Positions 30,863 through 44,468 of a stretch of DNA of 64,000 bases are shown in pieces. Position 1 is the stretch's first letter; every line of letters starts with the position of its first letter. The DNA comes from the human T2T-CHM13v2.0 reference genome, Homo sapiens, in NCBI RefSeq assembly GCF_009914755.1, contig NC_060928.1. One strand, 5' to 3'. Position numbers and translations under genes: made by a program. The notes beneath the pieces were generated by a model. The model worked only from the letters and a program-made list of their open reading frames with translations, was not told the origin of the DNA and made no database searches.

Positions 30863-31676
30863 AGTTACTCTTTTTAATAGACACTTGCCACATATCTTTC
30901 ACATGATATAACAATATTCAAGGAATTAGAACATAATAAAGTGACATACTTCTCATACCCCTCTCATAACAATTCAATCATTGTTCATTATTATGAAGCC
31001 ATTTGGAGATGTTGTATTGGCTCCAGTCATCACTGTGACCATCAACTATCAAGGTGTTGGCAAAGTATAGGAGTGACAACTAATAGTGACTTATAGCAAC
31101 TGAATGCTGGATGTCAGAAGTTTTTATGAGTAAGTTTTTCCCTTTTTATTTCAAGAAAACAGAGCGAGAAACCCTATGATACATAGTCCTTCAAAATGAA
31201 GCTGATGTCTTCCCCAGAACAAAGAATATTCTCAAACAATATGTCCCACTAGGGTCCAATGCAGTAGAGAAAAAGGCACCAGTACACGCAAAACGTAGCA
31301 GATTTGTTCCCATGCAGTTACTTGCTACTAGGCAAGTACAAAATCAGTATCACTTTTCCAGTTCCCTATCATTACTAAAAGAACATTTATCTTTTGTATC
31401 TTTGTGAGGTTTTGCTATAACCTTCCTCTGTGGCTACTTTCCAGTTCTCTTAATACTTTTAATTCACATAATTGAATTATATATTCTCCTGTAAAATTTT
31501 ACCTGGAATTCAGGAGGTATATGGTAATTACTTTCAATGATTCATTCCTCAGCATTTTTTCGTTATTTTACTTAACCTATGCTTCAAAACTAAATGTTAA
31601 AATTACTTTTTAGTTTCAATCTACTTGAAACACTGCATTATCCTTTCATTTTTTTCCTGTCTTAAAGAGAACAGGC

Positions 31677-31983
<307 letters not shown>

Positions 31984-32366
31984 AATAGTCCTTTCCAAAC
32001 TAGGATAAATTGTAATCTTTCTGCATGGCAGCTTCTGTACAACATAGTCATCCATATCTAATAATCATTTTAATCAGAAGCCACTGGTGATATTCTCCCA
32101 GCCAAGCTTTATGATCTCCACAGTCCCTTAGATCTACTTCCTATGGCTATTCCCCAGCAAGAAGGCCCATCACTTGTCTGGTAATCTTCTCTCTGTCCCA
32201 AATCAGTCATAATTCTCACCTCAGGGTAAACTGACAGACCCCTAAGAAGACAAATTGGCCGTCAGAAGTAGAATCTAGAGCTCCCATCAAGACAATGACC
32301 CTGATAAATTCCTGCAGGGGTAGTTTTAAATGTCCGTCATTTAAATTAATACAAATATCGCAGTAA

Positions 32367-32835
<469 letters not shown>

Positions 32836-33394
32836 GCTTCCATCTTAATACAAACATTCACAGGAGAGGATTTATTGACTCTTATTTAAAACTTAGACTA
32901 AAAGTGTCACTGTTACCTTTCTTATATTTTTTTCTTCAAATAAAACACACCTCCATTTAAAAGTAAGAGCTTTCTTCCTACTAAAGGTATTAGGAATATC
33001 CAGAAGTAAGTGAGAGGAATAAAGTGAGTGATTATGTGTTGCTTATCTCGATCTTCAATGCAGGCATGGAGGGCCTGTCTAACACAGTCACTTTGGCTCC
33101 CTCGATTTGGTGTCTTCGGCAGAGTGTCTCAAAGTCTGACAATGTTTGGTTTCCATCCCAACCATGGGAGAAGCACCCTAAAATTGATGTGCTTTTCTTC
33201 TTACCTTAGATCTACAGGCCTTCTCTGGTTCCTATGCTTTTTAATGTCCTTCAGTTCTGAGTCCGCAGTTGGCCAATAAATTTCACTTTTTACTATTTGC
33301 CAGAGACTGTTCTTATTGCAACTAAAGAAGCTAAACTTATAAAAGAAGGAAATTTGGATGCAGAATAGTCCTTACTAGTTGCCTAAAATCACTC

Positions 33395-34017
33395 TAATAT
33401 AGCAGTTAAGAAAAAATTATTTAGGCAGATAGTGAGGGTAAGGAAGTCCTCAGTAAGAGTTTCCTTTTAATGAAAAGCAGCTCCAAAACCATTTTCTTTT
33501 TTAACAAAGAGCAGCCTGTAAAATTGAGCTGCAAACATAGATAAGCAAGCTAGAAGCCTGCACGGATCAATGCTGGCACCTGTGCCAATACAAAAAGTCA
33601 TGTGCAAAATGGCAGCTCCATATTCCCTTCTCTTTGCCAAACCACGTGTACTGCAAGGAAAAGACAACACGGCACTAGCCAGGCAAAGACCCCATTGCAT
33701 AATAAGATTAGGTTGGGGCAACCAGCTTCCTCCAGTGCTATGTAAACATCACAACTCATCCAACCAATCTGGGGCCCTATGTAAATCAGACACCACCTCT
33801 TCAAGCCTGTCTATAAAATCCAATGCACTCCACCATGGGCCAGAAGTCCCATTCTGGTGCCTCCCCTCTCTCTCAAGACAGAAAGCTGTTCTCCTTTCTC
33901 TTTCTTTTGCCTGTTAAATCTGTGTTCCTAAATCCACTTCTTGTGTCTGTGTCCTTGATGCCCTTGGTGTGAGATGATGAACCCTGGGTATTTACCCCAG
34001 ACAACAATACCACTTCA
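33395..34017 (+). mobile_element. Solo LTR9 (ERV1 class)
   Basis: TTAGGCAGATAGTGAGGGTA...TTTTAATGAAAAGCAGC...TTTACCCCAGACAAC...CTTCA; 4-bp TSD ACTC at 33391-33394 and 34018-34021. Confidence 0.85.
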
Positions 34018-34329
34018 ACTCCATGTTGGCAAGTGCCTGTACCATCTTTGCAGCAGGCTGTCTTAACTTCAAATTTTGGAGAAAGAACAAGCATGAATCA
34101 TGTATTTCATTTCCAGTTAAAAATTAACTCCCTTGCTCATAGCCTGAATTCTCCTTGGTGTTAATTTTTTCTAGCCTATGACCCTAACAAGATGGACACT
34201 GAACTACATGAAGTTAATTAGAATTTTTTTCATTTTAATTGGATTGAGAATTAGTTCATTAGAAAAATCACTGACTCTTCATGGTTATATCCCAAATGTC
34301 CAACAGTAACATTAATAAAATATTTTAAG

Positions 34330-34660
34330 AGGAGCAGTGACCAGAAGAAGTCAAACAGGAATCACAACTATCATGTGAAAAAGCTGAAGAAATCTGTTTG
34401 TTTATATGTTTGATTGTTTTAAGCAAAAGAAAATTTAAGAATCCATAATGGGTTATCTTCAAATATGTAAAATGTTATCAGCTAGAAGGGTCAAAACTTT
34501 GAGTAAAAGGTAAATATTATAAGATGCCATATTTAGTTCAGTGTGAGAAATGCTTTTCAACTACAATTTTCTTAAAAGAGAACTAGCCACAGAGCAAGGC
34601 AAAAAGTTTTCTATCCCTGGAAACATTTAAGAGGCATAAGAGACATTTGTAAGGAAAGCT
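34330..34660 (+). mobile_element. CR1/L3 3' fragment
   Basis: TCTTCAAATATGTAAA...ATTTAGTTCAGTGTGAGAAA...CTATCCCTGGAAACATTTAAG. Confidence 0.55.
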
Positions 34661-35461
34661 AGAGAATTCAGCTATTTCTATGTGCCTCAAACTAAAATTT
34701 CAGTTGCTCTGTTTCACATTCACAAAATAATGCTATCTAATAGCTATTAAAACTAAAATATATTTCATGCAGGATAATCACATATAAAAAGCAACAAAGG
34801 AACTCCTCCTGAAAATTACCCCCAAATGTTGTATACTTTAGCTTTTGATTTCCTTTCTAGAACTGTACTGCTTGGATTCATGCCTTGCATGTTAAATATA
34901 ATTTATTTTTCACGTATGATTTACAAAATAAACTGCCATTTTTGAACAGGAAAAAAAAAAGTCATCTAGGACAAACCATAGCAGATGCACTTACTTATAC
35001 TTTGAGTTGGCAAATCCAAATGGCCTCATCTCAAAGAAACAGGAACAGTTTATTGGCTGAAGTTTTCTTATTAATCTGAACCAAATTTTTCTACCATCAT
35101 GTCCATTATGGAAGATTTTGGTTCTTCATTTACAGTATTTAGGAAGGGTGGTAAGCGATGATTTATGCAGTGGTTGATAAAGTAATAATATGATTTTCTG
35201 CATTTCATGGGCAGTAAAAGAACAGTTTAAAAAATTGTTTTATAACAGCAGTTTAATTTGTTACGGTATTGTAGTATTTTTCTAACCATGCCTCCAAAGG
35301 CCCTGGATGTGATCTATGCATAGCATTGATGCTAACTCTATAGAGCACAAAACTACAGCAAAGGAGATGGATTGGCAGCAGCAAACAGCCAGAATTAATG
35401 GTATTTTTCAGTCCTAATTATTCTCACTCCTTGCCTCTTTCCACCAATTTTGACTTTTTTT

Positions 35462-35874
35462 AACACCCATTTATTATAAAGGATTTGACAAAGGATACAG
35501 ATGAAGAGATGCATACAGTGAGGTATGTGGGGAGGTGCATGGAGTTTACCTGCCCTCCCTGGGCACACCACCCTCCAGGAACCTCAATGTGTTCAGCTAT
35601 CTGGAATCCCTCGAACCCAGTCCTCTTGGGTTCTTACGGAAGCATTCCTTCCTCCAGAGTGACAGGTGGGACCCTCTCACCAGGTCTTAAGCCCCACTGA
35701 TTAGAGTCTTGCCTTGGGGCAGGTGAAAGGAAGGCAAGAGAGAGATGCTGTTTCCTCAGGCCTGGCCCTGAGGCCTAACACACCTGACACAATAACAGAA
35801 GACTGTAACAAAGACTATGGGAGTTATAAGTCAGGAACTGTGGATGAAAACCAATACATTATCAGAACACCATA
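35462..35874 (-). mobile_element. MER21-family LTR (3' LTR, partial)
   Basis: TTTATTATAAAGGAT...GATGAAGAGATGCATA...GACTGTAACAAAGACTATGGGAGTTAT...GGAACTGTGGATGAAAACC. Confidence 0.8.
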
Positions 35875-37310
35875 GGACAGCCCCTTCTTTCCAACCATGG
35901 ATCCCTTACAGCATAAGAATATGCACAATTATTAACAATTAGTCCAGTCCATCATATTGTATGAATGTCTCCCAGGGCGAGACTACTCAGGCTTGCAGGC
36001 TTTCTTTCAATGTTACCAGGTTCCGAAAGCAGGCATAATCTCAACAAACATACAGCTTCACCCTTTCAGGCAGCAAGAATAATTGAGCTTTTGCTCCAAG
36101 ACTCTTTTGAGTTGTTAATGTAATATTGAAGTTCCCTCAATTCATAACCCACTTATTCATTTCTTTACTCTCAGCTACTGTTTCTTCTTCTTCCCATTAA
36201 TAACCAAACTTTTTTACCTTTGGAAGGGACATTAGAATCACCACTGTGCGGGTCTATATTGCAGGCAGCAATACCAGTCTAGCAAGTGGCTCCTCCTCAG
36301 TCCACCCAATTCAGATAGGGAAAGGTTACATAGTGAGCTCTTTTTACCACCAGACAACATAGCTGTATTCACTGTTAGCCCCAGTTCTGCTAGATGGGGT
36401 AAAGACACAACCCATCCCCATCAGGCCCTTAGGAATTCCAACATAAGGTTTAAAACAGTTACAGTTTATTGCTTAGAAATTTTCCCTGCTGCCAGCACTT
36501 AAAATTGCAGCCCTGGTCCTAGGACTACTGTATCAGGTAGAGGAGAAAGGGGGAAAAAATGGGGAGAAGAAAGAAAAAAATGTATAGTTTTTATACCAGT
36601 GCACTACTCCCTTGGTAAGAATTCCATAGTCATACTAGCAACCTCCCCACTCCCTCCTCCCCAGATCAACCAGAAAATCAGAAAAATCTAGTGGGACACT
36701 AGCCCTACTGATGTTGAGGGTGAGCACACACTTGCGAAGGTGTAAGCCAGACCTTCATGCTTTCATCGCCCCCTCGTTTAGGTGACCAGTGTTTCAATTT
36801 CCTGTTCTGTTTCTCTATCAAACTACTACTCTAAGGAGGACCTCTCTGTGCCCCTTGTTGGACATTATGGGCTGTACAGTGTGTTCCCTGCTCTGAGGAA
36901 AGGATGGTCATCCATCTAAGTTCATGCAATATCTTCTGTTCTCGTTTTTTTGTTTGTTTGTTTGTTTGCTTTTTATGGCGTTTGGCATTTTCATCTTCCA
37001 CCAAGTAAGCAAAGCCCAGTCCAGAATCAGTGCCTATTCCTGTCAAGACTCAAGTTGTTCTCCCCCAGGGCTACCAGCATCAGTCTCACTTGCCAGCTGT
37101 GTTCAGAGCCTTCCCAGCAGGAAGCTGCCTCATAGCCATGGGTAGTCTCTGTCTCTCTTACTGACAAACAGAACAGTCTTTATTGGCATTTTGTGCCTGA
37201 GAGGGTACAAAAGGAACATGTCTGTACTCAGCCCATGCCTGTACTGCTGCAGTACCCCCACACCCTCCCATTTCATGGACCCAGGTGGACACCTCGAGGA
37301 AGCACATCGG
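35875..37310 (-). mobile_element. MER21-int (ERVL-related internal) fragment
   Basis: Contiguous with the LTR through a PPT-like AAGAAGGGG on minus strand; degraded pol-like sequence; right boundary approximate. Confidence 0.65.
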
Positions 37311-38193
37311 CATATCTGCTTGCAATTTTCACATTTTTATAACTAAAAATACTCTCAAAATTGACTCACCATTAAGAAAATACCCTTGATATAATACCTA
37401 CACGTATCAAATACATGTCTTATTATGCACGGATTGTCAAACTTTACAAAGGAATAAATTGAACTAAACCCATTACAAATATGCCAGAAAAATTTGTGTC
37501 CATGTTGCCTCCATGAAGTGTCATATCCACAAATGATTTAGGGAATTTAACTCATTAACTTAAATAATTAGAAATTAATTGACATGGGGCGATGAAGGTA
37601 ACCAAAGAATGCCATGTCATCCTAACTTATATCAAGGCAATGCAGAATCAATTTTCAGTGTTCCAGCAGTATGATACCAACCAGTAATTTAACTATTATT
37701 TATAAAATTAAACATAGAGACCAACATACAGATGTCAATCATTTGCCTTTATGTGGACTGCTTACTTAAGTTACCTGCTCACTTGAAAATATACAAGATG
37801 TATGTTTAGTAAGAAATCCTTCACTAACTAACTTATCCTTAAGTTTTTAAAAATATGTCTATTGTTATAATGTCCATATGCCTTTAAAACAATTATTTTC
37901 AAATAACTTGACGAAGAATCAGATGACAAAGTTAGTAATTTAGCCTACCGAGTTATTCATTACCCTTCAAGATTAACAAATTCTGAATACACAGAAGAAA
38001 ACAGGAAGAAAAAAGGAATTCTCTATTGCATTGTAAATAAATGACATAGACTTATTCTCTTCTTCCAGATTTAAAACTCACAGCCCAAATAGTCTTGACA
38101 GAGAAAGAACGTAAGGAAGAAATTGAGCAGACCTTGCTAAGACTATTAGAAATCCAAGCAGGCACCCTGCAACCTGTCCTAAACCAAAAATAA

Positions 38194-38563
<370 letters not shown>

Positions 38564-38619
38564 CCCAGTGTTCAATTCTTAAATGTTGTTCAGCATTTAA
38601 GGACATCAACAAATAGGAA

Positions 38620-39040
38620 TATATTCGCAGGTAAGTGGTCAGGTGGAAAGTCATGTGAAGCTATGTCAAGAGGAACAGTTGAAGGAAGTAAGACTTTAGT
38701 TTGGAGTAAGAAGAATCAGCAGAACAGGGAGGAGTCATGATAAGTGTTTTCAATGCTGGAGGCTTTTCATGAGTAAGAAGGTTTAGAGTTTTTAGTACGT
38801 TAAGAAGCTACAGGAATACAAAATTATCCCAATAAGAGAAAAACATTTTAAAATTCAAAGATGTTTAAAAATTACACTGTCTACCACTGAGACTATTAAA
38901 CCACTTTCGCCGGAACTATTTGTGTAAGCTAGATAATTACTTGCCAGAGATGTTACAGCAGGAATTCAAGGAACAGTTGATGGATACCTGAGCTGTATGA
39001 GTTTCACAGTACTTTTTAAATATTAAGATTCTGAATTCTA
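38620..39040 (+). mobile_element. CR1/L3 3' region
   Basis: ATGTCAAGAGGAACAGTTGAAGGAA...TTTAGTTTGGAG...GAAGCTACAGGAA...AAGATTCTGAATTCTA terminus. Confidence 0.65.
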
Positions 39041-39545
39041 AAATAGAAATGCTATACTCTCAGAGGTTTCACCATCTTCCTAAAAAGGGATCCTCATTAT
39101 TCCGTTAGAGAATCTGTTATAAGTACAGTAGAAAATAGGACTTAGAGTCAGAAGTCACAGAAAATTGAAAGATAAAAGGGTGAAGATGTTTTATAGAGAT
39201 CAGCACAAACAAAGAGAGAGAAACCAAAAAACCAAAAAATCACTTCCAAGTCTAAACTGGAATTAACAAAAGCTTTGAATGAAAGCATAAAGAATTAACA
39301 TACCAAATCTCAAATGTAAATGTTGTATTTATAAAACACAACTGTGTGGTTGGCTAACTCAAGGATGCGTTAAAGTAGACATAACTAGACAGATAACAAA
39401 AGACAGTGTTATGAAAGCAGACCAAGAGTTTTTCCAAATTTCCTATCAAATGAGCCCTGGAAATTTTCTTTATTGTTTGAATTTTTTTACAATGAAAATA
39501 AACATTATAATAAATACAATAAGACCATTTTCATTAAAGAAACAC

Positions 39546-40046
39546 ATGGCAGTTTTAAAACATTCCTCCAAATTTCTTGATAATCCTCCCCTTCAAAGGT
39601 GTGTTTGATGTCCCCTCGCCTCAAATGCGGACTCTGTGGCTCATTGACCAGTAGAATACATCAGAAGTAATGGGGTGCCAGTTTCCACACCCAGGCTTTA
39701 ACAAAATTGGCAGCTTCCACTTCCTGACTGTTGGGACACTTTCTCGGAACTCAGCCACCAATTCTATAAGGAAGTTGAAGTGCTCTACAAAGAGGCCCAT
39801 ATGGAAAGGAACTAAGGTACTTGGCCTTTGGCCCCAGCTGAGCTCCTTGCCAACAACCAAAGCCAGCACGGCGCCATGGAGTGAGTCATCTTGGAATTGC
39901 CCCTCCAGTCCCTTGTCAAGCCACCCAGCCGACACTCTGGAGAAAACATGAGCCTTTCCCACTGCAGGATTAAGGGCTAAATAATAGTTGTTTTTTAAGC
40001 AACTAAGTTTTGGGATAGGTTATTATGCAACAACAGATAACCAGAA
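39546..40046 (+). mobile_element. MLT1 LTR
   Basis: TGGCAGTTTTAAAAC start; GACCAGTAGAATA..AGAAGT; AAGTTTTGGGATAGGTTATTATGCAACAACAGATAACC end. Confidence 0.8.
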
Positions 40047-40436
40047 TCAAAACTAAAACTGGCACTGGCCCACATGCATCTTACTTAGAAATTTCCTCTC
40101 CTTAATCATCTATTGCTCTCTGCTACTTAGACCACTGATTTTGCAAGTCTTGTATCTTTGTCTATTGGACCTCTTTTCCTGGACTTTACTGATACAGAGT
40201 ATACTATAAGGCATATTTTCAAAAGATATAAATGAATTTGTTATAACTTTGATTTGAACATTTTATAGCACTCTGAGATCATTATAGATATTGAAGAATT
40301 AATCACAAAATGAATACAGGAATCATCATATCTAGGAGCCAGGGGAGTTATGGGGCAGTGAATTTATCTCCTCACACAAAGTCATCCAGAGTTTTTCTTG
40401 CTCTATACCAGAAGAATATTTGAACTACAAAAGATT

Positions 40437-40444
40437 TTAGATAG

Positions 40445-40491
<47 letters not shown>

Positions 40492-40510
40492 TCGATCGAT
40501 CAATCGATCA
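40437..40510. repeat. Compound tetranucleotide STR (GATA)n(GACA)n(GATC)n
   Basis: Seen directly in sequence. Confidence 0.9.
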
Positions 40511-41134
40511 TTTGGTCCATTCCATGATATTTAAAAATATATATCAAACAATAAATGAGCCACAGAGATGGGTCTCTAATTTAGGTATCATGACTCTCCT
40601 CTAAGTGTGTTTTCACAACACACAAATGCTTTTCAAAAAACAAACAAAATAAAAATATAAAGGTAAAATCTATAAAAGTTTATTTAGATCTACAATAACA
40701 GTCCCCAAGAATTTATGTATTTCCTATGGTTAATTGCTCTTGGCTAGGCACCATGAATGATTATATAGTCTCTGCTCCACAGAAGTTCATACCGTAAAGT
40801 ACACATACCTTAAACAATTACAGAACTATGATGGGGAAGAGTGAGCCAAAGAAAGAGAAGGTACAGAAGATTGTCGGATGTGTCAAGGAAGTCTTCAAGT
40901 GCATGTATACTACATTAAGGAGATTGTGTCATTAAAGCTATGGGACTGCAGTGGGAAGCAGGCAGAATCCATAATGGATATACATTTGCTGGAACATTAA
41001 ATAGAATATTCTAGAATGCCTTACTGAAGTATGCAAATTTGCTCCGACAAACAGGGAGTTTCTGTAGTGATTTAAAATTTTGCAGCCTCTTCTACCGCAA
41101 TTGATTTCATGAAAATATCACCCTTTAACAAATC

Positions 41135-41480
41135 TAAGCTTTTTGAGCATGCTGTTCCCTCTACATGGAATAATCTTTCTACATTTTTTGCCCTCTTAAA
41201 CTCCTACTCATCCTTTAAGATTCAGCTCAAAGGACTGTAAAAGCTCCTCAATAAAGGCTTCCTTAACCCTAGGTTCTATATATTTTTCTAGAAACTCTTT
41301 TCCCCAATACTTGTATAGCATTCACCAGGTTATATGGTATAATTCATTTACTTACTGCTCCCTTCTTACTCTCTGATGTATGAATTCTTTAAGGTAATGC
41401 TTCCTTTCTTACTCTCACCACAATGTCTGACACATGTCAGATGCATAGTAAATGCTTGTAGAATGAATGAATCAATAAAT
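41135..41480 (+). mobile_element. L2 3' end
   Basis: GCATGCTGTTCCCTCTACATGGAA...AACTCCTACTCATCCTTTAAGA...TAAATGCTTGTAGAATGAATGAAT. Confidence 0.75.
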
Positions 41481-41608
41481 TAAAATGTATGATTAATACA
41501 AGTGAGATTATATTATACATGTGAAATTTCTATTATACTCAGAATTGACAGAAAAATGTATGCAACATGTGAGAGGAAATTAATCCAATAAAACTACCCT
41601 CAAGCCAC

Positions 41609-41670
41609 TCAAAATGCTAAATAATTACAATCAAAATGCTAAATAATTACAATCAAAATGCTAAATAATT
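41609..41670. repeat. 22-bp tandem repeat TCAAAATGCTAAATAATTACAA, ~2.8 copies
   Basis: Perfect copies at 41609, 41631, partial at 41653. Confidence 0.9.
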
Positions 41671-41812
41671 TTATCCTTCTTCAATGAAACTTTATTACTC
41701 CTTATGATCTTGGCATTTGTCAAAAATGTCATAAAATATGCAATAAAATTATCATAGTATTATTTCTCCCACAGGCACAAAATCCCCTCAACCCAAACAC
41801 TCGAAAAAGTAT

Positions 41813-42189
41813 TGATATGCTTTGGCTGTGTCCCCACTTAAATCTCATCTTGAATTGTGTTTCCCATAATCCCCACATGTGGTAGGAGGGACCTGGTGGG
41901 AGGTAATTTAATCGTGGGGGTGGTTACCCCCATACTGCTGTTCTTGTGATAGTTAGTGAGTTCTCCTGAGATCTGATGATTTTATAAGGGGCTTTTCCCT
42001 CTTTGCTCGACACTTCTCCTTCCTGCCGTCATCTGAAGAAGGATGTGTTTGCTTTTCCTTCTGCCATGATTGTAAGTTTCCTGAGGCCTCCCAAGCCATG
42101 CAGAACTATAAGTCAATTAAACCTCTTTCCTTTATAAATTACCCAGTCTTGGGCAGTTCTTTATAGCAGCATGAGAGCAGACTAATACA
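41813..42189 (+). mobile_element. Solo THE1 (THE1D-like) LTR
   Basis: TGATATGCTTTGGCTGTGTCCCCAC...GACTAATACA; TSD-like AGTAT/GGTAT. Confidence 0.9.
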
Positions 42190-42845
42190 GGTATGGAAAT
42201 TAGCATTTTAGAATAATATCTAGGTATATTTAGTGAAAGTTGAATACTTTTCATTATGTCTTGCTGTAAAGAGGTAAATTACAGTTATTAGTGTCAGCAC
42301 CATGCCACATCTTTATAATCTACTTCCATTCTAATGCCAAATGTAAGGAAGACAGCTCAAGAATCCATGGACCCACAAGCCACATTCAGCTTCAAACACG
42401 TCAGACCATAGGGACTCATTCAGAAATCATAAGCAATGCTGAGTCAAGAAATGAAAGTAAAGAACTACTTTATATGACATTTAACCAGAACAAAGGAAAA
42501 GTCTTGAAGCTACCCACATAAAATATCTGAGACAGAATTTCAACCTATGGTGGACTTCTGAAGACTTTTGTAAATTTGTATATAGATCTACAAGGATTGT
42601 CTTTGGTCAGTGTGTGTCTTCTATTAAACTCTATTGATCTCATTACAATAAAAAAAGAAAGGAAAAAGTCCAAATCCCACATTGTTAAGGGACAGAAAAT
42701 TCTTCCAGAACAGTGCTTTTTGTGTTAAAAATATATCTATTATAAATAAGCATTCCTTTGAATTTGTATTTTGCAGTAAGTTTCCATAAAATGTGTGAGA
42801 TAAGAATAGTTCTTTCATAAGCTAAATAGCAGGAAAATCTGACAG

Positions 42846-43208
42846 TGTACTAGTTCATCCTCACATTGCTACAGGGAACTACCCAAGACTAGGTAATTTA
42901 TGAAGAAAAGAGGTTTAATTGACTCACGGTTCTATGGGCTGTAAGGAAGCATGGCTGAGAGGCCTCAGGAAACTTACAATCATGGTGGAAGGCAAAGTGG
43001 AAGCAGGCACATCTTCACATGGTGGAGCAGGCGAGAAAGAGTGAAGGGGGAAGTACCACACACTTTTAAACAGCCAAACTCACTATCAGAATAACAAAGG
43101 GGAAGTCACCCACATGATCCAATCACCTCCCATCAGGCCTTTCCTCCAGCACTGAGGATTACAATTCAACATGAGATTTGAGTGGGTACACAGAGCCAAG
43201 CCCTATCA
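42846..43208 (-). mobile_element. Solo MSTA-like LTR
   Basis: TGTACTAGT...AAAAGAGGTTTAATTGACTCAC...GGAAGCATGGCTG...CATGAGATTTGAGTGGG. Confidence 0.88.
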
Positions 43209-43214
43209 AATAGT

Positions 43215-44457
43215 CCATTCATCTATTTACTCAATAGTTAAATACATCAGTATACATTAGGCAATAAATATTGATTCAAACCTAATTTGTGCTTTATCCC
43301 TTATGAATGATCAATTATTATTCAATAGAGTAACATGATCTTATGATCTTGGCATTTGCCAAAAATTTCAAAATGTGAGTAAGTACTCAGGGAAAATGCA
43401 CAAAAAGAACAACTAACCACCCAGAAATGGGAAAGCTCTAATGGAAATAATATTTCATCTTGAAGAATTTGAAGCCACTCAGACAGCAGAAATCATATGT
43501 GCCAAAAAATTGAAGTGCAACAGAGAGGAATCTACTCAACAAATAATAGTAACTCAGTATGGCTAAAGGCTAGGAATGAGGGAGAGGAGTGGCAGAAAAA
43601 TGCTAGAAAGATAAGAAGCAGGGTTAAGGGTTGAGCTTAGGGATTTGCACACCACAAAGAAATTTAAATTTTATCCTCTGAGCAATAAAAACCCATGAAA
43701 ATTTGGGGAATTCGGAGGGAGGGATAACATTATGAGATTTATATTACAGAAAAATACTCTGAAATTAGCATGAACAGTGGGTTGGAAGGAGTAAGGTTAG
43801 AAACAGGAAGGTCAGATAAGCCACTGTAGACAAAAATGATAAAAATATAACTAAGGCATAAGAAAAACACTAGGAACCAGACATTAGAGAGAATCCCAAG
43901 GTAGAATCAACAGAATTTGGTGATGTGGGGGTGAGGCAGAGAGGACTCTACAATAACTCCGGGAATTTCAACTTAAGGACTATATTAATGATGGTGACAT
44001 TAATGGGGAATTCAAGAAATGGAGCTGGTTTAGGGGAGAAGAGATAACAGTGGGTTCAGTTTTACTTATGTTGGCTTTGATGTCAACTCTGGGCATCCAA
44101 AAAATAAGGGTCTGGAGCTCAGAATAAATGTATTGACTGTAATTACAGTCCAGATTTGGGAGCCAGCACAGAAATCAGGAAGTGAATGAAATTGTGTGCA
44201 GGGTGAGAAAGAAGCCATGGAAAATTGAGAAAGGCAGGCTAGAAAACCATGAGAAAAAAATGAGCAGTGTACTCGGGGCAAGGAACAATAAAGTTTCAAA
44301 AAGGAATTCTCTGCTGCAGGGTAATCTGGAAGTCTGAATGGAGAATTTATAGGGTAGGTTGACAAGAAATACACTTATGGGAGAAGTTGAGGGGTCTCCA
44401 GAGGGATAGGAATACCACATCATTAAAAGAGACCAGAGTCACAGAGTTTGATTTAAG
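43215..44457 (-). mobile_element. L2 fragment (continues at ~46990-47117)
   Basis: AAGGTAGAATCAACAGAATTTGGTGATG, GGGTCTGGAGCTCAG, CAGATTTGGGAGCCAGCA. Confidence 0.75.
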
Positions 44458-44468
44458 AATAATGAATT

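Noticed and set aside
33190-33295. Acceptor followed by AATAAA
   Set aside because: Very short, with no supporting context; such motifs are frequent by chance in AT-rich DNA
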